Assembly (NCBI GenBank): GCA_004431415.1
Contig: QPMI01000031.1
Span: 1 to 64,000 of the forward strand
Source: Cyanophora paradoxa CCMP329
Lineage: Eukaryota > Plantae > Glaucophyta
Reading direction: 5' to 3'
Length of the DNA: 64,000 nucleotides
In this document: positions 25,816 through 38,422 of the stretch, one piece after another
Position numbering within the stretch: position 1 is the stretch's first letter
How the letters are laid out: every line of letters starts with the position of its first letter
Notes under the pieces: model-generated
Seen by the model: the letters and a program-made list of their open reading frames with translations, nothing else
Databases searched by the model: none
Told to the model about the DNA's origin: nothing
Made by a program: the position numbers and the translations under genes

Positions 25816-26370
25816 TCAATCTCGAGCGCAAAACGAACCTGCAACGTTGATCCAGATGCCACCCTGCTTGTTAGCTTGAATTCGATTTTCCCTCAGGATT
25901 GCTCGTGCGCGACCGCAAACCAGAATTCCGTACGACCGATTCTCACGTATCGTGTTCTTATTCACTGCCGCGACCAATCCGAAATCGATATTATCCGGTG
26001 ACGATTGACCGAAGTCAAGGCCGTGCTCGATGATAATCCCGGCACCGAATCCCAAGCCCTGGCCTTGGGCACTCTTCATGAAGGCGGATGAATGAGTAGA
26101 GGCGAAGGCCCCTTGCCGGAGAATCCGATTCTTATACACTGCGACATCCAGTCCTATCGAGCGGCAACCAGAAATACGAACACCCACCCGTCTGCAAAAA
26201 CATTGGCAATCGTGGATCCACTCTGACGCGTAAATCCGGAATTCACCCGTTGTCTGAGACGACGTTGTCGAGTATAAGGAGCGGCGCTTGATTCCACGAA
26301 GGCTCAAGTGGGTAGTTTGAGACGGTACCGGTGGACGGCAGATCCTCATTTCCCAGCGAGACCTGTACAT
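25816..26370 (-). CDS. Exon(s) of a probable right-handed parallel beta-helix protein; full gene extent unresolved (about 24.4-27.1 kb)
   Basis: PbH1-like turns VGVRISG..VYKNRI, GAGIIIEH, NTIRENRSYGILV..LRENRIQANKQGGIWI. Confidence 0.5.
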   Translation of the reverse strand: MYRSRWEMRICRPPVPSQTTHLSLRGIKRRSLYSTTSSQTTGEFRIYASEWIHDCQCFCRRVGVRISGCRSIGLDVAVYKNRILRQGAFASTHSSAFMKSAQGQGLGFGAGIIIEHGLDFGQSSPDNIDFGLVAAVNKNTIRENRSYGILVCGRARAILRENRIQANKQGGIWINVAGSFCARD

Positions 26371-27230
26371 GCCTCAAGGATCATGAAAATCAAATAATTT
26401 GTGTCTGTCTTTATCGTAAAGATTAAATATTGTCGCGAACCCCAGAGGAGGACGTGCGGACATTGACCACAAACTCGGCCACACGCGAGAGTGCATCGAA
26501 AATTCCTTGCATCTTGGCTGGGTTCGCGAATTCCGCCATAATTGTCTCAGGGCTCAAGAGACTGGGCAGCCCTGAAGCGTGAGTTAAGTGTTGGACAGCG
26601 TTCGATTGCGACGCCAATGTCAGGATCGTAAGAGAGCAAGAGCATGCACCTGAAACGGCGTTTTTGAAATTCGACCAACTGCTACCTGTCACGACATCAT
26701 CCCAGGAAGGCAAGTTATTCACCAGTTCATTTGCAGCCTGTCGAATACTGGACTCCGGTGAACCGAGACCGTTCGTTTCTGCGGGTGTTGATAATAAAAG
26801 AGCTACAAAGCGCTACCCCAATTGCAAGGGCAATAACGCTCATGATCACTTGCAATTGAAATAAACTGACTGCATGCACAATTGTGTGTTACGAAAGGAA
26901 AAGTTGGCATTGATTGGAGAGCAACTTGCCAGCATGTCGAAGGTTCAGAGACAGTTCTAGTTGCTGTCGCATTGCATTTGCAGCATTCCTTACTCATCTA
27001 TTTTCTATAACGCACGCGTACAGGAGCTGGAAGGGTATTCACAACATGGCAAAGTGCGAGATGACAAGCTGCACCTGCAGCTGGCTTCGATCAACGACGA
27101 GTTGGGCCAATTGTCAAAGGTTGCGATCTATAGTTAATCTCGATCATGATAAATTATATCGATCAACACGCTCGAGCCCGCGAACGAATTCGAATTCGAA
27201 TGCTGAAGTGAATTTCGAACTACAGGAATT

Positions 27231-28341
27231 TATGGCTTCGATCAGCGGTCCGCCTGCGAAGCCGCCTCATTCTCCGCCATCCGATCAAATCAACGTTTCG
27301 ATGCTCTCGCTGGAGGGAGTGACGCGTCTATGGGAGCAGTTCAAACTCTTGCAGGGCGCAGTGGAGCGGTTTGGTCCGACGGTGGATGAGATAGGGTCGA
27401 AGAAGCTTGCCGAAGCAGAGGCGCACGTGCGAATTTTCATTTGCGCGAGTATCATTATATAAAAGCGGAACGTTGTGTTTTTCCAGCTCAAATGCACGCT
27501 CCCGCATGCACAGATTTCCGCGATTGCGCGAGAGATGACAGAAATAAGAAACACGATTGTAACCTTTCCGCTCAACCCGGTGCGCATTGCAATTTATGTA
27601 ATTGATCACGATAGAACTTTGGATGAGTTAAATATCGCAACTGCATTTGTTTGAGTCGCGCGTGCGCACGCTGTTTCGCGGGCAGGTGCGGCTCCTCCGG
27701 GGGGACGCGCCGGTCCACACGACCTACCTGGACGCCCTCGCCAAGAGCATCGGCAACGAGAGCTTCGAGGCGTGGCCCAAGGACACGCCCCCGGGCAGCG
27801 TCCTCCTCGACCTGAACAGGACGGCTCTGAAGGCGCGACATTTACGTTGCAATTAATATTGCTCAATTCGAATTCGTGGCGCTGGGCTTGAGTAGACGTC
27901 GACGTCGAAGTCCGACCCGCTAACTATTTTTTGAACGGCAGCTGAAAGAAGTCCTGCTGGTGATCGACAAGCAGCTGGGGGTCTTGCACGCCCTTCAGCT
28001 CGATTCGGGAGACCTAGACGGCTCGCGCAGCGAACGAGGCGTCCATGCGGAAGAGAAGGGCCCCCAAGAGGCAGGCGTCCCGCCGAGACGGCAGGCAAAG
28101 TCGCCAATGCGTGCGCCGGAGTCCGTCTACGTCACAGCCACGGACGCGACGGCCGCCATGGAGGCGTTCCTGCAGCGGCAGCTCGAGCAGGCCGCGGCGC
28201 ACCAGGCGGTCGGCGGCCCGCCCCTCGCGCCCTCCTCGAAGCCGAAGCGCACGCGAAGGCCGCCGGGCAGCGTCGGCGCCGGCATCTGCAAGCGGGCCAT
28301 GCGCTGCCTCTGCTGCTGCAACTCCGGGAAATACGAACCCG

Positions 28342-28375
<34 letters not shown>

Positions 28376-28508
28376 TCTCGAGCGCGATCACGATCAGCCG
28401 TTTCCAGCCAGGCGAGATGCCGACGCGGAGCAGCTTACGCTGGCCGTCCGGTCAGCTGGCGGTGACCAGGACGCTCCGGACCCTCCGCAGCTGCGGCAGC
28501 AGGCTTAG
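27231..28508 (+). CDS. Hypothetical spliced protein with a (DH)n tract
   Basis: Coding-like segments (MASISGPP..KKLAEAE; VRLLRGDAPVH..RTALK; LKEVLLVIDKQL..) separated by AT-richer intron-like segments. GACCAC repeats at about 28344-28375. Confidence 0.45.
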
Positions 28509-29042
28509 CTGCGCGTGCATATGAGTTGACACCGTTAACGTTTGTCAGGAAATCTGCTTGGCTATATGGCTGGATATCTATGAGATATCGATGGCCCACT
28601 GGGCAATTTTTATTTCTTCGTAGTACACGCAAGCATGGAGGATGGGGCTAAAATCACGTGCATGTGCACTTATGAGCGCATAGCCACGTACGTATACGTG
28701 TCAGATGGCAATTGCGGACTCGGGCTCAAGCTCATGATCATTACTGATCCCGAGTGCCAGTAACTGATTTCGATCACTGATTACATTACTGAGTACTTAT
28801 ATAGAATATGAATTTGTAATCATAACTAAGCTAGATCGCCTTCATCGTACAGGAACGTACAAGCGGGATCCGGACCCGCTATGTCGTGGAGCTGCGAGAA
28901 ACGCACGCGGTACCTTAAACTGCACTAAAAGCGAAATCATGCACCACGAACAAAAATCTCTATATTACCTAGAGAGTCCTAGGATCAGAACGATCCGAGC
29001 GATCGCGAAGGATTTCATGCTCAGGTTACTGCTTAAGCTTGA

Positions 29043-32000
29043 TCAAAGAAAGAACAGAAAGAAAGGAAGAGCTGCGCGGCGTGCACGGCGTGAAATCGAG
29101 CTAAGGCGTGAAGTTGGCGGAGGCGTCCAGGGAGGGGCGGGAGCCGGGGGGGCGGGAGCGCGAGGCGGGGCCGCGGCGCCAGCCGGCGCGCGGGGTGTGG
29201 GGCGAGTCGGAGGGAGGGAGGCGGCGAGGGCGGCGAGGAAGGCGGCGTGGGGGCGGCGGGGACCCCCCCAGGGCGGCCCCGCATGGGCCTCGAAGAGGCG
29301 CATGCCGCTGGCGCGCCCCGCCTCGGCGGCCTCGCCGAAGCGGCGGCGGGCCTTGGCGGCCGAGCCGCGGAGGGCGAGGCGGCGCCCCTCGAAGTAGAGG
29401 GCCGGCGCGCGGCAGACGGGCGCCGCGCGCGCGCCCCGCCGCAGGTCCCGAGGGCGTCGGCGAGGGCCGCTTCGAGGCGGGCGCGCCAGGGGGCGCCGCC
29501 CGGCCCCGCCGTCCCCTCCTCGAGGAGGGCGCAGAGGACCTCCGCCAGCGTGCTCACCGGCTGCACCGCGAAGACCCTGCGCCCCGCCCCTCGCCCCTCG
29601 CCCAGGCCCGGCCGGCGGGGCGGGCGGGGCGGGCGGGGCGCACCAGATGAGGACGCGGCCGGCGACGGGGAGGCGCCGGTGGCCGCGCAGGGCCTCCACC
29701 CCCGCCAGCGCCTCCCGCTCCGCCTCCTGCGCGGCGCTGCGTCGGCGGGGCAGGGGCAGGGGCGGGGCGGGGCGGGGCGGGGGCGGGGACCTCGCGGCGG
29801 CCCTGGCGGAGGCGGAGGAGGGCGAGGGCGGCGCGCTGCGCGAGGGCCTCCATCCGGTACGTCTGCGCCCCGGCGCCCGCCCCTCAGCGCGGGCCGGGCC
29901 GGGCCGGGGCGGGGCGGGCGGGGCGGGCCTCGTCCGGGAAGAGGGCGCGGGCCTCCTCCGCCGAGGCCGCCGTCGCCGCGTCGCACACGCCCGCCCACAG
30001 GCGGTTCGACGCCCACCCCAGCAGCGCCCACATCCTGGCCCCGCCCCGCTCGCACCCAGCCTCGCGCGCCCCCGCGGCGCGGCGCAGCGGCGCGGCGGGG
30101 GTGGGCGCACGTGTGAAGCCGGTTGTTCGAGGCGCGCGCGTCGTGCAGCTGCCGGCCGGGGTCAGGGCGGGCTGGGGCGGTCGGGGCGGCGGGCGGGGCG
30201 GACGGCGGTCTCGTAGGTGTGCTGGGCGCCGGCGGCGTCGCCGGCGAGGTGCAGCTGCAGCGCGTGGAACGACTGCACCTGTGCGCCGCCCCGCCGCCCC
30301 GCTCGCCCCGCGGCGCAGCGCGGGCCTGGGACGCGAGCGAACCTCGCCGAGGGCGCGGTAGTCGCCAATGCCGCGCAGCTGCGCCCGCGCCGCGCGCGTC
30401 AGCCGCGGACGGCGGGGCGGCGGGGCGGGGCGGGCGGGGCGGGCCTTGGGGCGGCAGCGGCGGCGAGGGCGGCGCCCCCCGCGAAGTCGCAGAAGATGAT
30501 CGCGACCTGCGCGCCGGCTGCGTCGGGCGGGGCGGGCGGGCGGGGCGGGGCGGGGCGCGCACGGCGAGCTGCTCGGAGCGGAGGTAGCCCAAGGCGCGCT
30601 CGCACCGCTTCGTCCGGCACCTGCCCCGCCCCGCTCGCCCCGCCGGCGGGGCGGGGCGGGGCCGGGCGGGGCGGGCGGGGCGGGGCGGGGCGGGGCGGGG
30701 CGGGGCGGGCGCACAGCTCGTCGCCGCGGCGGACCCAGGCGAGGGCCTTCTCCGGCGGGAAGCCGGCGACCTGCGGGGCGGGCCAGGGCCCTCAGCCGGG
30801 GCAGGGGCGGCAGGGCGGCGGGCGGCGCACCGCGAGGACGGCGTACACGTGCGCGCAGCTGCCGGCGGGGCGGGGCGGGGCGGGGCGGGGCGGGGCGGGG
30901 CGGGCGCGTCGAGCAGCGGCCGCGCGAGCTGGGGGCGGGCGAGGGCGGCGCACGCGTCGACGTAGAGGGGCGAGGTGGGGTCCGCCGCCGCCAGGTCGTG
31001 GTTCAAGAAGGCTGCCCCCGCTCGGTTAGTTGAACGCGGCCAAGCCGGGGCGGGGCGGGGCGGACCGTAGTACATGGCGGCGAGGGCGTCGCCGGCGTGG
31101 ATGAGGTGGTGCGAGTAGATCGTGAGCGCGCTCGTCAGCACCGCCCGCCGCTGCTCCGCCAGGGCCCCCGCGCCCCGCCGCCCGGGCCCCGCCCGCGCCC
31201 CTTCCCCGGCCTGCCCGCCCGCCCCGCCCCGCCGCGTCGGGCCACGCCGGCGGTGCGGAGCGGGGCGGGGCGGGGCGGACCGGGCGGGGCCGGCGCGGGC
31301 TTTGCGGAGGACGTGGGCGACGACGGCGAGGGCCTTGGCGAGGGGCCCCTCGTGGGCGAGCCGCACGCCCAGCAGCCGCAGGCACCGCTCGATCGCCGCC
31401 CCGGCCTCGGCGGGGCGCCCCAGCGAGAAGAGCGCGCGCGCGGCGAGCTGCCAGCGGCGGGCGCGGGCGAGGACGATGGCCTCCTCGGGCCCCGCCTCGG
31501 CCGCCCCGAGCGCGAGGGCGCGCTGCGCCAGCTCGAGCCCCTCGCTGTAGGCCCCCACCGAGAGCGCCCCCGCCGCTGCCGCCGGTTCGGGCGGGAAGCG
31601 GGGCGGGCGGGGCGGGGCGGGGGGCGGGCGGGGGCACCGCAGGCGTCGAGGTGGGGCAGGGCGCGGGCCGGCTGGCCTGCGGCGAGGTGGTGGAAGACGG
31701 CGCCGGCGGCGGCGGCCTGCCCCGCGGCGCCCTCCTTCGAGACGGCGCGCTCGAGGAACTCGGCCGCCCGCCGGTGCACCCGGTCACGGTCCTCGCTCGC
31801 CAGCAGCTGCACCCCGGGCCACCCGCCTCACCGGGGCCGGCGGGGGGCGGGGGGCGGGGCGGGGGGGGGGCCGGGCCTTGTAGAGGACGTCGCGGACGGC
31901 GGACTGGAGGAAGCGGACCTCGAGGATGCCCATCGAGCGCTCCGAGGCGGCCAGCACGCCGTGCCGCTCCAGCGCCTGCAGCGCCCCCGCCACCCCGCTC

Positions 32001-35000
32001 CCGTCCGCGTACCCCTCAAGCGCGAACGCCGCGAGGCCCGCCTCGAAGCGGGGGCCCAGGGCGGAGCAGAGCTTGAGGACGAGGGCCGGCGTGGGCGGGA
32101 GGCGGTCCAGGCGCGCCACCAGCAGCCGCTCCATGCTGCGCCCCCGCCCCTCAGCGAGGCCGGGTCGCCGAGGCCGAGGCGGAGGCGGGGCGGGCCTGTC
32201 GGGGAGGGGGATGGCGAGGGGCGCCGCCTGGGGGCCCCCCGGGGCGGCGGGCAGGCGCAGGCGGCCCTCGTGGACAGCGAGCCAGCCGCTCGCCTGCAGG
32301 TACTCCACCATCTGCCGCCCCCGTCACGGGGCCGGCTGGAGAGGCGGGGCCGGGGGCGGGGGCGAGGGCGGGCCTCCTTGAGGGCGAAGGGGTTGCGGCG
32401 GGACTTCTCGGCGAGCTCGTCGGGGAGCCAGGGGGGCAGCCCCGCGGCCTCCACCCCCAGCAGCCGCCCCACGAACTCCGCCACCTCTGTCCGCCCCGCC
32501 CCCGCTCAGCGCGCCCCGGCGCGGGGCCGGCGGGGCAAGGCGGGCCAGGGCGCGCCCTCGGCCTCGAGGGGACCCAGCTCCATGACGCTCGTCCGCGGGG
32601 ACCCGCGCAGCCGCAGCATCTGCGCCCCGCTCGAGCGTGGCCCGGGCGCGGAGCGGGGCGGGGCGGGGGCGGGGCGGGGGCGGGGCGGCTGGCCTCCTCG
32701 GGGCGACGCGGCGGGACAGGGGCCGCGTGGCGACGAGGAGCGAGGCGGCGCTGTGGGGGCCGGCGTGAGGGGCGGCAGGGCGGGCGGAAGGGCGCGGGGC
32801 GCACGGGACGGCGGCGAGGTGCGCGAGAAGCTGCAGCGAGGCCGAGTCGAAGGCGTGCCTGCGCCGCTGCCTCGCGAAAGGGCGGGCGGGGCCGGCGGGG
32901 CGGGCGGGCGGGGCGGGCGCACAGGTCGTCGACAAGGAGGGCGGCGCCGGAGCGGGCGACGACCGTCTCCACGAGCGCTGTCAGCAGCCGCAGCAGCCGC
33001 GGGGCCCCCTCGTCCCCCTCCCCCGCCTCCGCCTCTTCCTCTCCCCCCTGCGCCGCACCGGCATCGGCGCTGACCGCGCGGTGCGCGGGGCGCGGCGCGG
33101 GGCGGGGCGGACGGAGGAGGAGGGGCCGGGGAGGCGGGGCGGGGCGGGGCGCGGGCGTCGGCGAGGAAGGCGGCGAGGAGGGCCGCCTCCTCGGCCCCGC
33201 CCACCCCCAGGCCCTCCAGGAAGGGCGCCAGCTCCGCGCCCCTCCACCGGCCCTCCCGCAGCGCCCGCCTGCGCCGCGCATGCAGCCGGCTCAGGCGACG
33301 CCCACCGCACCCCGTCGCATCGCGTCGCGGCGCACGGCGTGTCGGCGCCCCGCGGCGTGCACTCGCCCCGCGGCGTCTCCTCTACCGCCGCCCCGTTCCT
33401 GCACGCCGAGGTCGGGGGCGCAGCGAGCGCAGCGAGAGGGGCGACGCGGGGACGGCGCGCACGCGGCGTCGGCGCCGTTTGTCCACCTCTCGGGCCCCCG
33501 CACCGCCTCCTGCTTCCCCGAGCCGCCCGCCGCCGCCCGCGGCACCAGCGCGCGCAGCAGCTGCGGCCCGCGTCGGCGCCCCCGGGCCACGTCGAGGGCG
33601 GGCCGGGGCGGGGCGGGGCGGGGCGGGCCTGGCGGAGGGGCTGGTAGGGGTGCGGGGCGAGGGGGTCGGCCTCGAGGAAGAGGCAGGGGAGGGCGGCCGC
33701 CTCGGCCAGCCGCAGGGCCTCGGTCAGCAGCAGCGACTTCCCCGCCCCCGCCTCCCCCTCCACGAAGAGCACGCCCGCCCCGCGCCCGCCCTCCCGCACC
33801 CGCGCGGCTGCCAGGAAGCCCGCCACCCGCCCCAGCGCCTCCCGCCGGCACAGCAGCAGCCCGTCCGCCCCCGCCGCCGCCCCCGCAGCGCCCGCTCCGT
33901 CTCCCCCCGGCCGGCCCGCCCCCGCCGGCCCGCCGGCGCCGGCGCCACTGCCCATGGCGGCGACGGCGCGGCGGAAGGAGCGGCCGACGGGGGCGGTGCG
34001 GGCGGCGCGCCCGCGGAGCGCGAAGGCTGCGACGGGCCCGTCGGCGCCCTTGATGGCGAGCGGCGGCAGCGCCTCCAGCCGCACGCGCGCCCCCGCCGCC
34101 TCGGCCGTCGCCGCGTCCACCCAGATGGCCCCTGCGGCCACCCCTCGGGCGGGGGCGGGGGCGGCGGGGGCGGGGGCGGGGCGCACCGTCGGCCTTGGCC
34201 ATGAGCCTGGCGGCCATGTTGCAGGGTGCCCGAGCACGTTGTAGTCGCACCGCTGCTCGTCCCCCAGCAGCCCCGCGAACACCCTGCCCGCGCGACCCGG
34301 CCCGCCGTGGGCGACCCGCGCGCCGCCGAGGCGCCGGCGGCTGCGAGCGCGGCGCACCGGCCGGTCGTGACGCCGATGGAGGCCGGCCCGCACTGCCGCG
34401 CCGCGAACTGCTCCCGGATGTGGAGCGCCGCCAGGCACGCCCGCAGGGGGTCGTCGCTGCCGCCCCGCCGCCCTCGGCCGGAGCGGCGGCGCAGGCGGCC
34501 CGCGGGGCGGGGCGGGGCGCACCTGTGGGCGGCCCCGGCGAGCCCCCACGTGAGGAGGCAGATGAAGCCTTCTGCGGGGGGCGGCGCGCGTCGGGCGGGG
34601 CGCGGGCGACGGGGCGGGCGGGGCGCGGGGCGGGGCGGGGCGGGCGGGCACTGTCGTCGCAGAAGCAGGAGCGGAGGACGCCCTGCAGGAGCGCGTGAGG
34701 GCCCGGGCGGGCGGGCGGGCGGGGCGGGGCGGGGCGGGGCGGGGCGTGCCTCGGAGATGGCGGCGGCCTCGAGGACGGCGGCGACGGCGCGGTGGAGGGC
34801 GGCGAGGGCCTCCGCGGGGAAGCCGGCGGCCCAGGGGCCCTGCCCCGCGAACCCGTCGACGCGGACGAAGGCGGAGGTGCACATGCGGAGCTCGGCGAGG
34901 AAGCGGCCGTCCCCCGCCAGCTGCCCCGCCACGTCCTCCGGCAGCAGGCCCCGCAGCGCCCCCTCCACCGCTGCGCCCCCCGCCAGCGCCGGCCGCTGCG

Positions 35001-36224
35001 GGCCCAGCAGCCCCGCCCCGCCCCGCGCCGCCCACGAGGCCGGCCGCCGCGAGGAGGGCGACTCGTCGCCGGCGGCGGGGGTGCGCGGGGAGCGACCGGA
35101 GCCGCCCAGGGAGTTGCCGAGGGAGAGGGAGAAGCGGAGGGAGCGGGCGCGGGTGCGAGCGGGCCGGCCGGGGTGCCGGGGAGGTCGGCGGGCGGGGCCC
35201 GAAGACGGCGAAGCCGGCGTCGGCGCGGGCGCCGGGCGGGGCGTGGCGGGCGAGCTCGGGGCGAGGGCCGCCTCGCCGGGCCCCGCCAGCGCCAGGCCGG
35301 CCGCGAGGCGCCCCAGCGGCTCGCCCACGACCGCCAGCTCCGAGCGGGCCCCGCCGCCCCGGCGCCCCCGCCGAGGCGCAGCGCGTACAGCTCCCCCGCC
35401 GCCACCGCCACGTGCACGCCCAGCCTGCACGCCCCGCCCCGCCCCGCGTCGCCCCCGCGCCCCCGCGCCGCCGCGCCGCCGCCGCCCGCGGCGGCCCGGC
35501 GCACCTGGTCTCTGGCTCGCGGCTGGAGGGCGTCGGGGGCGACTCGAGGGCGGCCTCACGGTCGCTGGCGGGCTCCTCGCGGGCCGGCCCCTCGATCGCC
35601 TCCGCCGCCAGCCGCTGCGCCGCCACGCACGCCTCCTCCAGGCCCCCGCCCCCGCCCCGCGTACACCAGCACCAGGATCGCGTCCCCTGCCCCCGCCCCG
35701 TCACGGCCCCGCCCGCCGCGCCCGGGGCGGGCGGGGGGCACACCGAGGAAGCGGATCACGTCCCCGCCGTGCTTGCGCGCGATGCGGATGGCCCGGCTGA
35801 GGCTCCCGTTCAGCGCCCGGCTCAGCGCCTCCGCGCCCTGCGCGGCCGGCCGGCTCAGGGCGGCGGCCCCGCGGCGGCGGCGGCGCGGCGCGGGCTGGGC
35901 CACCTGGCGGGCGGCGGTGCGCCGGCTCTCTTCGTCGCCGTCGCCCTGGGCGGCCTGGATGAGGCGCTGCGCCGCCTTGACGCTCCCGACGACGTCGACG
36001 AGGACGACGGCGGCGTGGAAGCGGGTCGAGGAGGGCGACTCAAGCAGGGAGCCGGCCTCCACCCGTCCCCGCGCGTCTTTCGTCGAGTCCGAGCACGCCC
36101 AGACGGCCAGGTCGGGGAGGAAGTGGACGGGGTGGAGTTGCAGGCGGCCATCCTCCTCATCCTCCGCAATCCCCGGGCTTGGAGGGCTCAGCCCCGCGGG
36201 GCTCGGCGGCTCTAGCTCTGTCAT
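29043..36224 (-). CDS. Second ADCY10/sAC-like cyclase-NTPase-TPR protein; multi-exon
   Basis: AVVLVDVVGS, GAEALSRALN..KHGGDVIRFLG|DAILV, FLAELRMCTSAFV, CDDKG, AHSDDPLRA, SIGVTTGRVFAGLLG..RCDYNVLG..NMAARLM. Walker A FVEGEAGAGKS, Walker B LLVDDL, RNPFALKE, ARLDRL, FLQSAVRDVLY. The 3' end is approximate. Confidence 0.88.
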
Positions 36225-36646
36225 TCCGCCGGACCACAGCGCACAGCGCCGCCCGAGGCGATGCTAATGCAATTGCCAGGCGAGGTCATGCCGCTGAATG
36301 CAAGGATGCGAGGTCGAGGTCGTGCCGAGCTCGAGAGGAGGCGAGGATGCTAACTGCAAAAAGAAGCATTTACATGTCCTTGATGCGCGCCAGCTCGATT
36401 CACCGTTGCGGCTTTGCTGCTCGACCCGAGCCGACTGCAAGTGTTCTTGCTGGATGGGGCTGGATTCCAGTGTCACCCGATCCGCTGAAGCGCAGGCGAC
36501 TGTACCGTCACCGCCGAATGGCTGCTGTGGGCCTGTGGCGCAAGAGTGCTCCCGCGTGCGAGCTGTCCAAGCGACCAACTTTGCGTACCCCCCGCTCGTG
36601 CGAAAAAAAGCTGGTCCAGCGAGCTCGCTGGAAGCGCCCGCGTCGC

Positions 36647-38336
36647 ATGGAACTGGAGGATGAGGAGGCGGCGCACGACGCGCATGACGTGCTCGAGCAC
36701 TTCGGAGCGCACGGCGTCCCCGAGCACATCATGGAGCCGCCGCTGGCGCTCGCGGAGGGAGAAAGCGGACGTACGAGGGCGAGGAAGGTCCTCCGAGCGA
36801 CGTCGCACCTTCGCCCTGCCCCCCTCCGTGTAAGAACCGCCGCGCGCAGATCTCGGAGCACTCGAAAGCGTACGAGAAGACGCGCGCGATGCTCTACAGC
36901 GCAGTCGCGAACCATCCCACCTTCCTGTGCGTGGAGGGGCGCAGGCGGGCGGGCGCCGGCGTGCGGGCGGGCGGCCGACGAGGGCCGCGCAGGGCGCAGC
37001 GGCTGCAGTTGCTGGGGGAGACCCCGAGCGTGAAGAGGCTGAGCAAGGAGAAGATCCTGCGCATCGCGCTGGCGATCGGCATGGACCTGGAGCCGTACCG
37101 GCCCTTCGCGGGCCCCATGCAGAAGCACAAGGTGGCGCTCCCCGAGGGCCTCGCCCCGCCCCCGGCGGCGGCGCGGGAGGCGCGCGGCGCCGGCGGCGTC
37201 TCGGCGCGGAAGAGCGCGTACCTGGCGGACCGGGAGGCGCTGCGCTCGTACGTCTCCTCGCACCCCGAGTTCAGGCGGCACCGCCCCGCCTTCCTGGGGC
37301 CCCACTACCGCGAGGCGCGCCCCCCGCGCCCCGCCCCGCGCGCCCCGCGCGCCCCGCGCCCCCGGGACGAGCGGGAGCGGGCGGGCGGGGCAGGTGGGGA
37401 AGCTGCCGAAGGAGCGGCTGCTGCACGTGGCGCACAAGCTCCGCGTCGACCTCTCCGACTTCGTCCACTACGCCGGCACCCTCCCCGCCGGCCCGCCCCG
37501 CCCCGCCCCGCCCCGCCCCGCACCACCAGACCGGGCCCGCAGACTACTACGCCCTCTGCGACGAGCTCCGCAACGCCCTCACCCACAGGGTGCCCGCCCC
37601 GCCCCGCCCCCGCCCCCGCCCCCGCCCCGGCCGGGCCGACGCGGGGCGCCCCGCCGACGCTGGCGCCCCCGCAGGAGGACGACGAGCTCGCCGCCCTCGC
37701 CCCGCCCCGGGCCCCGCCCCCGTGCGCCCCCGCCCGCCTCGGCGCCCGCCCCCCGCCCCCGCCCCGCCCCGCCCCGACGCCCCGGCAGGCGGGCGCCGGC
37801 CCCTCGGCGGCGCCTGCGCTGCTGCCGGGCGCCCCGCCGGCGGCGTACGGGGCCTTCTTCGAGGCGCCCTCCCCCGCCTCCCCTTCCCCGTCCGCCCCGC
37901 CCTGCCCGCCCCCGCCCCGTCCCGCCCGCGGCCCCTCCTCGAGCCGCCCGCGCAGGACCACTCCTACGGCGCCATCGGCTTCCCCGACGCCGGGGCGCAC
38001 CTGCACGGTGCGCCCGCCGCCGCCGCCTGCCCCGCCCGCCGCCTCACCGCGCCCCGCAGAGGCGGCGTCGCTCGCATTCGGGGGGCACGCGCCCCCGGCC
38101 GCCCCCTCCCCGACGACCTCTGCTTCCTCCCCCGGGGCCCGCCCCGTACCCCGAGACCCTCCGCACCCCCACCCTCCCCTCCCAGGCGCCCGGCCCCGAC
38201 GCCGCCGCCGGGGCGCTGCTCCGCGGCATCGCCGGGGACCCGCACGCGTACCCCGACGCCCTTTGGACCCCCCTGGGGCCCCCGCCCCCCTCCGGTCACG
38301 GCTAGCGAGCCGGCCAGACGTCTCAAACGAGTCTAG
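36647..38336 (+). CDS. Hypothetical protein with an internally duplicated ~50-aa module and a Pro/Ala-rich tail
   Basis: Spliced exons with host-type introns. Repeat 1 SKAYEKTRAMLYSAVANHPTF..VKRLSKEKILRIALAIGMDL; repeat 2 KSAYLADREALRSYVSSHPEF..VGKLPKERLLHVAHKLRVDL. End approximate. Confidence 0.65.
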
Positions 38337-38422
38337 ATCTCATCGTGTTCCGTGCCAGCTCGGATCGCGCACGCGGGGCCGGCGGGGGCCGGCGGGGGGC
38401 GCGGGCGCGGGGCCGGGGCGGG

